Shown here: positions 38,954-52,690 of the stretch, piece after piece
Numbering within the stretch: the stretch's first letter is position 1
Layout: every line of letters starts with the position of its first letter
Assembly: GCA_002189035.1 (NCBI GenBank)
Contig: NEEC01000007.1
Location: forward strand, 2,232,001 to 2,296,000
From: Utricularia gibba
Taxonomy: Eukaryota; Plantae; Magnoliophyta
DNA: 64,000 bases
Reading direction: 5' to 3'
Made by a program: the position numbers and the translations under genes
The notes under the pieces: model-generated
What the model saw: the letters and a program-made list of their open reading frames with translations, nothing else
Databases searched by the model: none
What the model was told of the DNA's origin: nothing

Positions 38954-41900
38954 ATGGGAAAACTTGTGGTTCATGTCGCTGAGAATGGGCACTCGTATGA
39001 GCTCGATTGTCATGAATATAGTCTTGTTGAGGAAGTTCAAAGGTATCTAGATCCTGTTTGTGGCATACCTGTTAGTGATCAGCTTCTTTTGTGCTTGGAC
39101 ATGAAATTAGATTCTCAGCGTCCTCTATCAACCTATAAACTCCCATCTGGGGACCGTGAAGTATTTATGTTCAACAAGGGGAGAATGCGGAGTAACTCTG
39201 CACCTCCTCCTCCTGAGCAGGTCCAGATTATTGATATCCCTGATCCCCCAATGCCCTTCTCATCCAGACACCCTCATCCTCTTGACGATGCTCCGGATCC
39301 TGCCTTGAAGGCCTTGTCTTTGTACGAAAGACAATTTGTACATCACTTTCAGTGTGCTCATGCAGTTTACAGTCGCACTTCAGCAAAACTCCAAATGTGC
39401 GAGAAGCTGCTGCAACAACAGAAGGTTCAAGAAAGGGCCTTGGAAATTGCTAGGGCAAATTTGGATCATTTTTACAAAATTGTGCTCCAGAACTATACAG
39501 ATTTTATCAAATGTTACTCACAACAGCATCAGACGCATGTCCATCTGTTAGCAAACTTTTCCAGGGATATTGAGAAACTGAGATCCATCAAGCTTATTCC
39601 GTTTCTGCAAACTTCTAATCGGAAATGCTTGATAGATTTTGTGAAAGAAGAGAACTTGCACAAAACAGTAGATGAGTGCAGCAGTTCGCACAGGCAGTTT
39701 GAAAAGAAGGTTTCTGAATTCAAACTTGAGTTTGCAGAACTAAAATGCTATACAGAATCTTTGTTTTCTGCAAGAGAATCTTTTTTGGTAAAGGACATGT
39801 ATATGGCAATAAAAGATCACCAGCAATTCATCAATGAGCAGAAGAGCATAATGCAGGCATTAAGGTACCTCTCATTCTTGGTATTTCAATGCTTGTCCGG
39901 TGTTATGTTTATGGATTTTTCCGAAAGAATGGCAGTATGACGCTCATGGATTGTTTTCAAAGAATGACGTTATGTTTTCCATATAATAGCAGTCGATTGT
40001 TTTAGGCTTGCATATCATAATTCTAGACAATCATGGATCTGCATGGTAATGTGGCCTTCAGTATATTGAAAGACCGATGCATGTGTTCTGCTTTAAAGAT
40101 ATTGTTTTGAACTGTCAAATCAAATTTTCACAACGAGATCCAGATGATCCTCAGAGTAATGATGCAACAAAAAAAAAACGAAAAATAAAAATGTGCTGAT
40201 CCAAATTTACATGGATTAAAATTGAACTTATAGGTGAAATGCATGATCGTCAAAAGTTTGAAGTCCCTAGCTTTTGCTTCACCTATAAAATTGAACTTGT
40301 TGTTTCGTCCATATTATGCTGTTTTGGTTTAGTTCTTGTTTTTTGTGGATGCAAAAGAGAATACTCAGGTGAAAATTGTTTTAAATATCTTCTGCATGGT
40401 GCCATTTCGTTTAAATCAAATCAAATTATTTAGTCATTGTTAATCAGGTTATTTTCCCTGTGATACAGCAAAGATGTAAGCACCGTAAAGAATCTTGTGG
40501 ATGAAAGCATTCCCAATGAATTGTCATCCTCATTGCGTCCTCATGATGCTGTTTCAGCGCTGGGACCTATGTATGACAGCCATGAGAAAACCCACCTTCC
40601 AAGGATGCAGGCTTGCGACAATGCGATTTCTACTTTGTTTGATTATTGCAGGGAGAAAAAGAATGAAATGAATGCATTTGTGCACAATTATATGCAAAAG
40701 ATTGCCTATATCCAGTACACTATTAAAGATGCACGCTACAAGTTCCCTGTATTCCAGGAGGCCTTGAATCGTCAGAGTGATCAATTTGAGCACTTAAAAG
40801 TTGTGCGTGGCATCGGTCCCGCATATAGGGCTTGTCTAGCTGAAGTTGTGAGAAGAAAAGCTGCCATGAAGATTTATATGGGAAAGGCTGGACAGTTTGC
40901 TGAAAGACTTGCAACAGAGAGGGTTGCTGAAATTCAGAGGCGCGAGGAGTTTCTGAAAGTGCAGAGTGCCTATATTCCTCGAGACATATTAGCAGCAATG
41001 GGGTTATATGATACTCCTAATTCATGTAATGTGAATATAGCCCCTTTTGATTCAGACCTGATCGACATAGATCTTTCAGACATTGACCGTTATGCTCCTG
41101 AATCCGTAGTAGGAACCACGGTAAAGAATAAGAAGCCTGGACTTTTAAAGGCTTCCCAGCCAATGACCAGTGATGGGTCGCAGTCAGGTGAAGTTGAAGA
41201 AACCAGGGGATTCGATTTGGATTTTAATGAAGTTATTGAGGGTTCAGAGCTAATTGAGATTGCTGGTACTTGCAAGATGGAAGTTGAGAATGCAAAACTG
41301 AAGGCTGAACTTGCCTCAAAAATTGCTTTATTATGCTCCGTGGGATCCGAACTTGATTATGAGTCACTTGACGACAGCAAGGTGGAAACTTTATTGAAAA
41401 ATGCTGCACAGAAAACAAGTGAGGCCTTGCAATTGAAGGAGGAATATGAAAAGCAACTCCATTCATTGCTCAAGGATAAGCAGAGGCAGTGTGAGTCATA
41501 TGAAAAACGTATTCAAGAATTAGAAGAAAGGTTGTGTACTGTGCCCATGGGAGGATATAAAACCTTTGCAGAGGAAGATGAAATTCAATCTGCAGTTTTG
41601 AATTCTAAGCCTATTGCAAAAAAATCACAGGTAATTCCCCAAGAAATGGATGAAGTCTCCTGTGCATCTAACACATTAAAATCAGAAATTGGTGCTGATA
41701 CTGATAAGACCATTGAAGGACTGGATGATAATATGGATGATTCCTCTAGTATTCTGAATAATCAATTAAGCTCATCATTGATGGACCTTAATCGAGACTG
41801 GGGAAATTTTTATGAAAAAGACAAGAAGGAAACTTCATTGCCTGATGAAGGCACTAGATTAGCAGCAGTCATAACAGCTAGCCAACCTGTAGATATTGCA

Positions 41901-43668
41901 TCGTATGAAGCATCTGGTGAATCATGCTTCGAACCTGGTGGGAATCAAAAACTAGTACGTGAAATTAAAGATGCCCTGACGGAGAAATCAACTCAGTTAG
42001 GCGATGCACAAGAAAAGATTCAAGAGTTAATGGATGATATCATGAAGCTTGGGAAGGAGTTGGATGCCAAGCGAAAGTTACTTGAGGAATCTCAGGTATT
42101 GAAATTTGAATCAAGATTCCACAGTGTTTGGTTTTTATACTTTTTTCTTGTTCCTTTCTTTTTTTCATTTTTGGGAGCAGTGAATTATGGGCTTGTGGCT
42201 ATGTAATCTTGATCATTTTTCCACCTTCAATTTTCCCTGACCAAAATCTTTTGATGTTTTTTTTTTTTTTCCATCACAGTTGAATTGCGCTCATCTAGAG
42301 AATTGCCTGCACGAAGCAAGAGAGGAGGCTCAAATCCATCTTTGTGCTGCTGAGCGCAGAGCTTCAGAATATAGTGCTTTGCGCCTCTCTGCTGTAAAAG
42401 TGCGTGGTCTTTTTGAAAGACTTCGGAGTTGCATTATGTCCAATGGCGTGGCAGCGTTTGCTGATTCTCTTCGTGTTTTAGCTCAGTCTTTAGGAAGGTA
42501 AGTGGCTACTGTTTCTCTTCTTAGTTTAGTTTTGGAAGTTTTGCATTTAAAAGGGCTGCATGAGTTTTTTCATGTAATCCCAATAGTTTTCGCAAGTTCA
42601 GCATGCCAAGGTGATCCGTGAAATAAAACTTGACAAACCCAAATGACGTTCATCCTTCAACCTACTTTTATTGCTGTTTTTTTACTTACCAAAGATATCT
42701 TATCAATCTCTCGGTGGGCCTAACTAATGTTCTTATCTGTCATGTTCGAGTTCAGTTCTGCCGGAGAAAATGAAGATGATGGCATCACTGAGTTTCGAGA
42801 ATGTGTACGGGTGCTTGCAGATAAAGTTGGTGTTCTGTCAATGCAGCGTTTGGAATTGCTCGACAGATACGGAAAAACACAAGCTACTAATGAGCAACTC
42901 AGTAAGGAGCTAGAAGAAAAGAAAGAGCTGGTCAATACACTCTACCTTAAGCTTCAACTGGAGAAGCAGGTAAACCAACACATTAATATGATGATAACAT
43001 CATACATTTATAAACTTGATATTAGCATTATCCCATTCCCTGAATCGTGTTTACATGAAAGCTGTCTCGCTGAACTCTTGTGCTCGTTTTCATACATTAT
43101 CCAGCAAATGTTAGTTTTGAACGCCGCCTCAAATAAACAAAACCTTGCTTGCCCCTAGCAACAATTAGGGACTAGCTTTTCTTTTCTTTTTTTTTTTTTT
43201 TTGAGTACTCTCATTTCCATTATTGTTTTTGGGACTGAACTAGAAATTGTATGACAGGCAAGTAAGGAGAAGATATCTTTTAGTCGACTTGAAGTCCATG
43301 AGATAGCTGCTTTCGTCGTCAACTCCACAGGCTATTATGAGGCCATCAACCGTAACTGCCAATACTATTATCTATCTACTGAATCTGTGGCATTATTCAC
43401 AGAACATCTACCAAGCCGCCCCATCTACATCGTCGGGCAGGTTGTGCATATTGAACAGAAAACTGTAAAGCCTTCACAATCAGCCTCGGAGGACAGCGAG
43501 AGCATTAGAGATCAGGTAGATGCACAGACCCCTGAAATCGGAACTAAATTATCACCTGTGACCTCAGGTTCAGCCTCAAATCCCTTTGGTCTTCCGGTTG
43601 GGTGTGAGTACTTCCTAGTGACCATAGCCATGTTACCTGACACTACAATTCATTCACCTCCTTCCTGA
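38954..43668 (+). CDS. ATG11: Autophagy-related protein 11 (FIP200-like scaffold); multi-exon
   Basis: GKLVVHVAENGHSYEL...DQLLLCLDMKL, YRACLAEVVRRKA, MNCAHLENCLHEAREEA, YIVGQVVHIE, NPFGLPVGCEYFLVTIAMLP. Confidence 0.95.
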
Positions 43669-43959
43669 TCTTGTTGCAAATGGCAGATAGATGTGATGGA
43701 AGAACCTGATGTAAATATGGTTGTTTTCTTTGTTACTTCTGCAACTAGAACGCTCATTATTTGGAGTCGGGACACTTAACTCTTTTTGTATATAGCTACA
43801 AATGATGTTCAATCCATCTCTTTGTAAATAATGATCATCCGTACTCGGGTTCTTGTTGCCTTGGCATAATGGGAAATTTTAGTCTAGCAAACCATGTTGC
43901 TGTTATTTGCTATTGTCCTAGTTGTATAGTAGAGAACAATGCTACTGTTTTTTAGTGGA

Positions 43960-45106
43960 CTAGAGTAATTGTTTAGCATAAGAACATTCACAAATGCCAC
44001 TGATGGATATAGCATCGGGAACTTGCTGTTCTTGTAATGATTCTGAGCCTTGACAAAGATCCTCGCATTTTGTTGGATCCAAAGGTAGGTCTTCTAGTTG
44101 TGGGAGTGATTCCATCAGCCAAGCTCCCTTCAGAAAGCTTCTGCAAATTACTTCCCAGTATTTCCTGTCAGCCTGTGTTTCTTTCAACTGCAACTTGGCC
44201 TTTTCTGCAAGGATATTCTATCAAGCAGAGAGCAAGACATTTAGGAAAATCCCCCATTCAAATGACAGGTCGAATTTGCTTACGTCAATCAAGTTGCTGC
44301 CAAGCAAACGGTCGACAAGATGTTCAAGAATGCCGTTGGTGTACTCAGGGTGTCCCTGAATCCCCAAAACATGGTCTCTGAATGCAAAGATTTCGTTTGC
44401 AGTTTTTTCAGAAGACGCAAGAACCCGAGCCCCTTCCGGCATCACGGTCACCTGCAACGCCATGGAACATCCCCCATCAGCAGAATCACCAGAAGATATG
44501 AATGCAGGAGGAAGAAGAAGAAGAAAAGATCTCAATGCACTTCATCTTGATGGCACTCAATGATGGCAAGGTCTGGTGAGGCTCCTTCATATCCCAGAAG
44601 ATTTGTCTGGAAATCTGGAGCAAAGCTCACTCTTCTGATACCAACATCCCATCCACTTTCCGACCTTGAAACCATGCCACCCAGTGCACGGCACAAGATC
44701 TAAAAAAAGCAGCTGCAGCTTATCAAATATTTAGAAGGAACTGATACATCGAGAACCTTCATAATCTGTGCTGCTGCAAAAATGATACCTGATGGCCAAA
44801 GCAAACACCGAGGACTTTCTTCTCCATGGAGATCAAAGTTTGCAGCAGACTGCAGAGATCAACGATCCATCCTTCATCACTGTAGGCATCATAAGGGCTA
44901 CCACTAATCACAAAACCATCGTAGTACTGAAGCTCTTCTCCTTTAGGGAATTCCCCTTCAACTACACGAAACAGATCCCACTCCTCCCCTTCATCAGCCA
45001 AAGCATACAAGAAGACATTGAAGTACCCCCCATACGCCTTCACAACATAATCTGAATCACTGGCCGCAAGTAGAAGAGCGTATCTTTTACTCTCTTGGAA
45101 CCCCAT
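43960..45106 (-). CDS. Gamma-glutamyl peptidase (class I glutamine amidotransferase-like, GGP family); 4 exons
   Basis: RYALLLAASDSDYVVKAYGGYF, GFVISGSP, nucleophile motif LGVCFGHQ, IIECHQDE, LGIQGHPE. Confidence 0.9.
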
Positions 45107-46028
45107 CAGAACTCTCCAACTCCTGCGGCTTCAAATGACTCGAGAGACCTGCTGAGGACGAGAAGAGAAGAAATCCCCTACTTATAAAAGAGTAAGGGAA
45201 TCCAAGTTGTCGTTGCATGGGCATGAAGTACAAGGTTCTGCTTTATTAGGAATGAACTCAACAACTTCCCATGATTCTTGCACCAAATCAGGGTAATCAA
45301 GAAAGATAATCGTGCAGCAAGATGGCTCTTGAACATAGCATCAGCATGGAATGGAGAACTGCCAACTTTTATTCTATCTTTTTCCTTTGTTGATGTCGAA
45401 GGTTCGTCTATTGCTCACATAACCTGCATGGGGATTGTGGCATTGGTGCCAGCATCGCCTCTTTTTTCTAGTAGATGAATTAAAACTTTTAGTAAACATT
45501 CTTAATTCAAATTTTCAAATGTAAATAACTCATATATCTTATATAATTTTTCTTCTTATTGCCACGTATTATTTCATACAATCTCTTCATATATTCATTG
45601 TTTGCTACACAATTCTTCGTATACATTTTACGTTTTTCATTCTTACACTTATTTTGGTTTCAAATCACGATTTCGGATTTCATACCATGAATATCAACTA
45701 ATTTTGTATGTTTGATAGATATATGGTTGTCCTTTCCCTTATATGAACGTTTGAATTCCATATTCTATAAAAAAATATATATGTTTTTAACTTGTACTTT
45801 TCTTAATTTTTGTAAGTTTAATTGAAATTTTATCATTCTATTTTAAAATCGGGTTAAATTCATTTCTTGAATTATTTATGATTTTCGATTGAAATATTTT
45901 TTATAATAGATTAAATATATTATTAAAAAATAAAAAATAATTATCTAAAATTTAATATTTTTCAATTTTGTTAAAATATTATAAAAGTTATTCCCTGCCC
46001 TGCCTCCCTTCCCTTACCTACTCACCTA

Positions 46029-46048
46029 GGGAGGGGGAGGGGCGAGGG
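46029..46048 (+). promoter_or_regulatory. G-quadruplex-forming motif beside a MYB/AC-type element in the UGT copy 1 promoter
   Basis: GGG-A-GGGGG-A-GGGG-CGA-GGG, immediately after CCTACTCACCTA. Motif match only. Confidence 0.4.
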
Positions 46049-46192
46049 AGGAAAGCGTACCCGACTGGTAAGTGGCTTCACTTCTCGTGCCACCTGAAAC
46101 CGATACTCCGCCGGCCATATGTGTATGTATATAGGTGGAATGCCTCCTCCTTCTCCGGCGCCTTCTCAATCTGAAGCTGCGATCGCGCTGGC

Positions 46193-47607
46193 ATGGGTTT
46201 CGATCTGCACATCGGAGTTCTGGCGTTCCCCTTCGGCACGCACGCGGCTCCTCTGCTCAGCCTCGTGCGCCGCCTAGCCGATGCGCTTCCGCGCGCTCGA
46301 TTTTCCTTCTTCAGTAGCGCCGCTTCCAACGGAGTCGTGGGCGTCCATCGCCAAACGTTTCCGAACATTAGGGGATACGATGTTTGGGACGGAACCCCCG
46401 AGGGATTCGCGGGGAGTCATTTTGAGGCTGTAGGGCTTTTTCTCAAGGCGTCGCCGGGGAATTTCGAGCAAGTTGTTCGGGAGGCTGAAATTGAAGTGGG
46501 TTTACCTGTTAGTTGCTTGATTACTGATTCTTTCTTGTGGTTTTGTGGTGAATTGTCGGAGAGGTTGCAAGTTCCCTGGGTTTCCTTTTGGACCGCAGCT
46601 TCCTGCTCTCTCTCGGCTCATGCCTACACTGATCGACTGATTCAAGCTAAGGGCCTGTTACCAGGTAAAATTAGAACAGAGCTTCCTGAGATCTGGGTGC
46701 TTTTCCGTGTGCTTGAACTGCGTATCTATCTCTTATTTTGCTGCAGAGGAGAAAATTTCATTCATCCCTGGGTTAGAAAACGTCCGTGTGAGTGATGTTC
46801 CTCCTGAAGTTTTTCTAGAAGAGAATCCAACACCTCTGGCTGTCACACTGAACAAGATGTTTGAGAATCTCCCCAAATGCACAGCTCTGGTCGTTAACTC
46901 CTTCGAAGAGATCGACCCAAGGATCACTACCGACCTTCAGGCGAAGTTCCAACATTTCCTCAACGTTGGCCCCTCCCTTTTAGCCTCGTCTGCCACGGCG
47001 GCCGCCCCAGGTGACAAGTCAGGCTGCCTAGAATGGCTGGACAAGCAAACAACAACACGATCAGTTGTGTACGTCAGCTTTGGGACCGTGATTGTGCCCC
47101 CTTAAACGAACTCCTGGCCCTGGCTGATGCTCTTGAAGACTTCGGAGCTCCATTCCTGTGGTCACTGAAACCGGAAGCCCAGAAATCCCTTCCCGAGGGG
47201 TTCCTGGAGCGCACAAGCGGAACAGGAAAGATTGTCCCTTGGGCACCCCAGCCCCAAGTCCTTGCACACAAGAGCGTAGGTGTTTTCATCACACACTGCG
47301 GGTGGAACTCGATCCTGGAAAGCATTTGCAGCGGCGTGCCGTTGATATGCAGGCCCTTCTTCGGTGATCAGAAGCTGAACGGGAGAATGGTGCACGAGTC
47401 ATGGAAGATTGGTGTCAAAGTTGAAGATGGAGTTTTCACCAAGAGCAGCACAACGGAAGCTCTGGTTTTGTTGATGAAGAGTGAAGCCGGGAGCAAATGA
47501 GAGAAAACGTTGGCAGCTTGAAGGAGAAGGCAGTGAAGGCAATGGCGCCTGAGGGGAGCTCCATCAAGAATTTCCAACAGCTGCTCAAAATAGTGGGAAA
47601 ACAATGA
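46193..47607 (+). CDS. UGT78-family flavonoid/anthocyanidin 3-O-glycosyltransferase, copy 1; 2 exons, two 1-nt homopolymer frameshifts (47097-47101, 47489-47491)
   Basis: [15 protein letters not shown] (catalytic His), ITDSFLWF (Asp), PSPG box [44 protein letters not shown]. Frameshifts are defined by comparison with copy 2. Confidence 0.88.
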
Positions 47608-48300
47608 CAATGGTACTAAGCTCCTGCTCCCTGTTACCACCTCTCCATTTTTAGTCAAATAATTTACAAAAAAAAATCAAAATAATCATATACTTATATA
47701 TTATATTTATTAAATAATCATATTATTTATATACGCAATGTATTTCTTAAATTAAAAATAACTCATTATATTCATAATTATACAATGAGTAATAATATAA
47801 GAGTATATTTTCTATGTATGCAAAGAATAATAATATAAGCATATAATTGTAATAACAATTTTTAGTAATATGTATAGTAATTGATTATAGATTAATAATT
47901 AAACACAAAAAAAGCTTATATTGAAGTTAATTTATTCTATAAATTTTTTTTAAATGAACATTGTAGAATATTAAAAAAGAATTAATTTTGATAAATAAAT
48001 AACGTATACATGATACATAATTTTAAAAAATATATCTTATGGATAATTTTATATTATAGATATTAATTTATTAATAAATAATAGTAGTTGTAAATGATTA
48101 TAATTCTAAAGTATCTTTCATGCTTTTAAAATAATTCTTAAAAACAAGAATTCGACATACTTTTCAAAATTAGAAGCTATTTGGAATTGCTACTTTTATT
48201 CTTGGGCAGGAGTGGGCGGTACTTTATATTTCATACAATATAACCAATATTTTACACATACGATAGATATTTTTATCAGGAAAATGGGATAGGCTCCTTG

Positions 48301-50780
48301 TTAGGGAGGCGGGACTTCGATTGCAGTTAGAGTCTTCCTCAAAAATTTTCCGGCTGCGGACTTTGGGATTTCATCTCTGAAAAACACCCGCCGGATCCTC
48401 TTGTAAGACGCCACCTGCACAGAACACATAAACAATCCTCAACTGTGAAGCACAGCGCGGTTTCAATCCCTGCGTATTTTCCTTCATTCAGGTACCTGGT
48501 TTGCTACGTACTCCATGATTTCACGGTCTGAAACGGCGGAACCATTTGCCCGAACCACATACGCGATCGGAACTTCTCCTGCCAGCTCGTCCTTGGCACT
48601 ACAAGGAAAACAGAGTCATGTCTTAACTCAATTGGCTTAGCTTTCTGTCTTTTGTAGCAAGAGGTTGGATACGTAACGGGACAACTGCAGCATCGGCGAT
48701 CTCGGATGGGCGAGTAGCAGAGCCTCAAGTTCCGCAGGCGCCACTTGAAACCCTTTCACTTTGATCAACTCCTTCAGTCTGTCGACGATGAAGAGCTCGC
48801 CGTCATCATCCAGATACCCCAAGTCGCCTGTGTGAAACCATCCCCCGAGTCGATGCTTCTCCTGGTTGCCTCCTCGTCATTCAGGTACCCTACAGTGAGT
48901 CCAATTCAGTCATTTTCTTTCAAACAACAAGATAAACAAATGAAGGTGACGCAGGCAGGGGCTACTCGTCACCCCTCCATTGGCTGCTACTACTGATGAC
49001 CACACACATGAGGATGAATGTGATGTGTTTAAATAGAAATACTCTGCGATACCTTCTTCTAGGAGTGGAAGAATATAAATGTTTAGAATTATATGTTTGA
49101 AACGAATAATATTATGCAAGTTATAAATTAATTATAATATTTAATATTTGAACGAAACACGAGTTATACACAGGTGACACTCTAAAGATAAAGAATGTAC
49201 GAATATGTTTAAATATAGAAATTTTGGAAAACATAAATTTATGAGAATTGTATAATTGAAATGAATAATATTATGCAAAGTAATAATGAATCATGACCCT
49301 AAGCTTAATGATATCGCCCCACACTCGGTCATGCCATAACCCTGACCCCCCCTCCAAGTCAAACCCGACCCCCGGTTGCGGGAAACAAGAAACTAAAGTC
49401 AACCCAAATTCCAATTGGACGAAGGCAAATGACAACGTCAAACCAATGCACGTGCACTATAATTCAATCAAGGTCAACTCAAATTCCAATTGGAACAGAA
49501 TTTAGAAAACAAAGTCAAACCAATGCACATGCACTGCATTATTAGAGACCCTCTTTGAAATAATTTAATTTTATGAAAAAATGCGTTTTATTATCAAATA
49601 ATTTTATTCATAATATATACAATCTACTGGAATTAGGTGTTAATGGAAGATTAGAGACATTAATTACCTGCCCGATAGTAGCATTCGGAAGCTTAGGTTG
49701 AACGGAGGCGATGAGGTGGTCGCTGACCGGCGCAGCCCCGATCATGAGACTCCTGACGACGGAGGAGAGGTCGTATCGGGACGTGGCCGGAGTGTTTGCG
49801 ATGTGGAGTAGAACCGGGGCACGAGGGGTGCGATGGTAACTCGATATCGTTGTATCATATCTAGCATTTGATTTATGTCGAACTTGGACATGATCACCAG
49901 CGCAGCACCGGCGCGGAGGTTGCAAAGGAGCAGCGCTGTCAACCCGAACACATGGAACATGGGCAAGAGGCAGAGCGTGACGTCCTCAACTTTGATGTGG
50001 TGATTAGGGTTTTCGCCGTCGACTTGCTGTGCGATCGACGTCACGACGTTCTTGTGGCTGAGAATCACTCCTTTAGGAAGTCCGGTGGTGCCGGAGGAGA
50101 AAAGAAGGGTCGACGTGTCGTCCGGATCTATTGTCACCTGCAGTAAAAAAACAGAATTATCAAACCTGAAACACTGCTCAGTCAATCTTACGGATTTACC
50201 GGTTCAAATCGTGTCTCATCGGAATTCATCAACTGAGATAGATCTGTGAACCCGGCAGAGGGTTCAACGGTGACCGTCTTTGCATGGGAGATGCCTTTGA
50301 CCTGAGGAGAATAAAGGTAATTCTGATATTTTCCACCAGCTTTGAAAATCATTTCAACCTCACCTTCCCCACATACGCTGCGTGTGTAACTATGAGTTTG
50401 GGGTTCGAAATCTTGGCCATCTTCACGATGTCCTCTGCGGTAAGCGCCGGATTCGTGGGTACAGCGACGGCGCCGGCGAAGGAGGTTGCCAGGAAGGTTG
50501 CGGCGAACTCGGGAGAGTTGTGCAAGAGGATGAAGACCGCATCGTTTTTTCTTATACCCAGGTCCTGCAAGCCGGCGGCCAGTCTCCTGGCCATGAGATC
50601 CAGTCCGCCATAGGTCACCACTCGGGAGGTTACCCCGTCGATGAGGGCGGGGCGTGAGTAGTTCTCCCGAAGGTTCTGGAAGCAGTAGGTGTGGACAGGG
50701 AGATGACTCGGAATCGGGATACCAGGAAGCTCCCATCGGAATATGATGTCCTTGCCTTGCCTCACTTCCTCCACTCCCAT
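48301..50780 (-). pseudogene. 4CL-derived acyl-CoA ligase, copy 1; disrupted
   Basis: [11 protein letters not shown] is present, but the GYGMTE exon stops after ...ISLSLG (~49297) and the GEIC-containing remainder is missing. A 14-nt deletion removes the normal stop. Three 1-nt G/C-run deletions also occur. Confidence 0.85.
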
Positions 50781-51599
50781 CCTGCCCAATTTCTTCTCTC
50801 TTCATTTCCCAATATGCATATTAATATCATACGAATGGGGCCATTTTCGCAATTACAAAGACTACAGGGGGCAGAACTTCATTTCAAAAAAACAACTGGG
50901 ACTGAAAGACAAACATTTCATGTAAACCATTAAATCGTATTCAAGGGTTGACAAATTCTGATTTGTTTAACATTAATTATTTTACTTCTTTTCATAGACT
51001 CAACTATATATTATTGGGGGAGTGGGTACCAGTGGAGGGGGACAAGTATGGGTATTCTTTATTCTTTTTCCCCTATTAAATTACTCAATATTAAATCGAA
51101 AAAATTATAATTAATTGTACGGAAGAATCCCAAATATAATATAATATTTTTTTTAATTAAGTTGACATACGTATTAATTGTACTAGTTATTTGTTAATTG
51201 GATGAAGGGTGAAAAGCACATTGTTTTCATTATCTCAGAAAAAGAGTGAAGCACCAAACTAGGTGCGTTGGGCAACGCCCTTTAGTCGATATTAGCTACA
51301 TGTCATCACCATTCCTCTTTTTTTTTTTTTTTTGGAGGTGAGGGTGTCTCAATCAAATATTGAAAATAAAAAAGGGTTGATTATTTTTAACTATAGTTAT
51401 AAAAAAAAATTAAAGAAATGATTCTATAAAAATTTTATAAACCTCACAATTGATTAATTATTCACTCGTATTAATTTAGCCATAAAAAAATTAATTAGTA
51501 ACCTCATATTCATTGATATATATTATAAATCGTACCTTTTCAAATAACTCTATTAAAGAAAATTCAACTTGTCTAAAAATGCCTACAAAACAAAACTAA

Positions 51600-52690
51600 G
51601 TGGAAGTTTTTGCCATTTCCCAGTTTGGAATGAGAAGTTTGATTAATACCTAAAGGTTATTGGTTTTTCAAAGACTTATAGAGATCATAATCTATACTAC
51701 AAGAAAAATAATTTATCAGTTTTCATTTTGAGACTTTATGTAGATGACATTTTGCTCAACTCCAACTATATGGAAGAAATTGATAAAACGAAGAAAAATC
51801 GATGCAAGAATTTGAAATGAGTAATTTGGGTGAAGTTAGTTTCTATGTGAGGTTGGAAATTGAACAAATTCCTAATTAAGTAATGTTTATCTCACATAAA
51901 AAAATACTGTAAAGAATTACTAGAAAGATCTGGTTTATTAAAAGCCAATATTGCCAAAATACCAATGGATTACAAACTTCAACTCACCAAAGATGATAGT
52001 GAAAAGGATGCTGATATAAATATTTATAGAAGCATGATTGGTTATCTAACCACTTATTACATACCAGACCAGATATCTGCTATTCAGTAAATGTTTTATT
52101 CAGTACATGAAAAATCCTGAGCAAACTCACATGATAGCAGCCAAGAGATTATTAAGGTACATAAAATCTACTTTAAAATTTGGAATCTTATATCCTTATG
52201 AAAGTGATATTCACAACTCACATTGAAGGCCTTTTTTTATGCCGATTATGCTATGGCAGAAGATTCAAAAAGTGCATCGGGGTTCATCATTTTCTTGAAC
52301 TAATATCCAATTTCCTGGTATACAAAACAGCAAAATGTGATTACTCAATCAACTGCAGAATTTGAATATATCGCAGCAACTCGAGTAACAAATCCCTATA
52401 TTTGGTTGAGTCAAACTCTCAAAGAACTAAGATTTATATAGATGCATAACATTCCGTTGAACATTGATAATAAGGCAACAATATGGATTGCGAAGGATCC
52501 AACTCATTTTGGGAAGGCAAAACATATTCGTATTAGATACCATGTGATTAGAGATTATGTCAAGAAAGTAGAAATCTCACTGAAGTATATACCTAGATAC
52601 TCTCAAATTGTAGATCCTCTCACGAAATCATTAGGATGAAACCAATTTCTTGGTTTCAGATCCAAATTGTGGATGATATATGGAAAAAGA
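51600..52690 (+). mobile_element. Decayed Ty1/copia retrotransposon fragment (RT-RNase H)
   Basis: Fragmented translations LYVDDIL, EFEMSNLGEV, YRSMIGYL, TRPDI, QNVITQSTAEFEYIA and IDNKATIWIAKDPTHFGKAKHIRIRYH, with many stops and frameshifts. No LTR seen. Confidence 0.88.

Larger units (their letters stand above)
45099..51570 (+). repeat. Segmental duplication unit 1 (GGP promoter + UGT78 + 4CL-like)
   Basis: Begins aaccccatcagaactctccaactcctgc, ends aataactctattaaagaaaatt; collinear with 53024-60115. Confidence 0.93.

Noticed and set aside
18537-43668. Two autophagy genes (NBR1, ATG11) in one window
   Set aside because: They are ~17 kb apart with four unrelated genes between them; chance co-location is sufficient.
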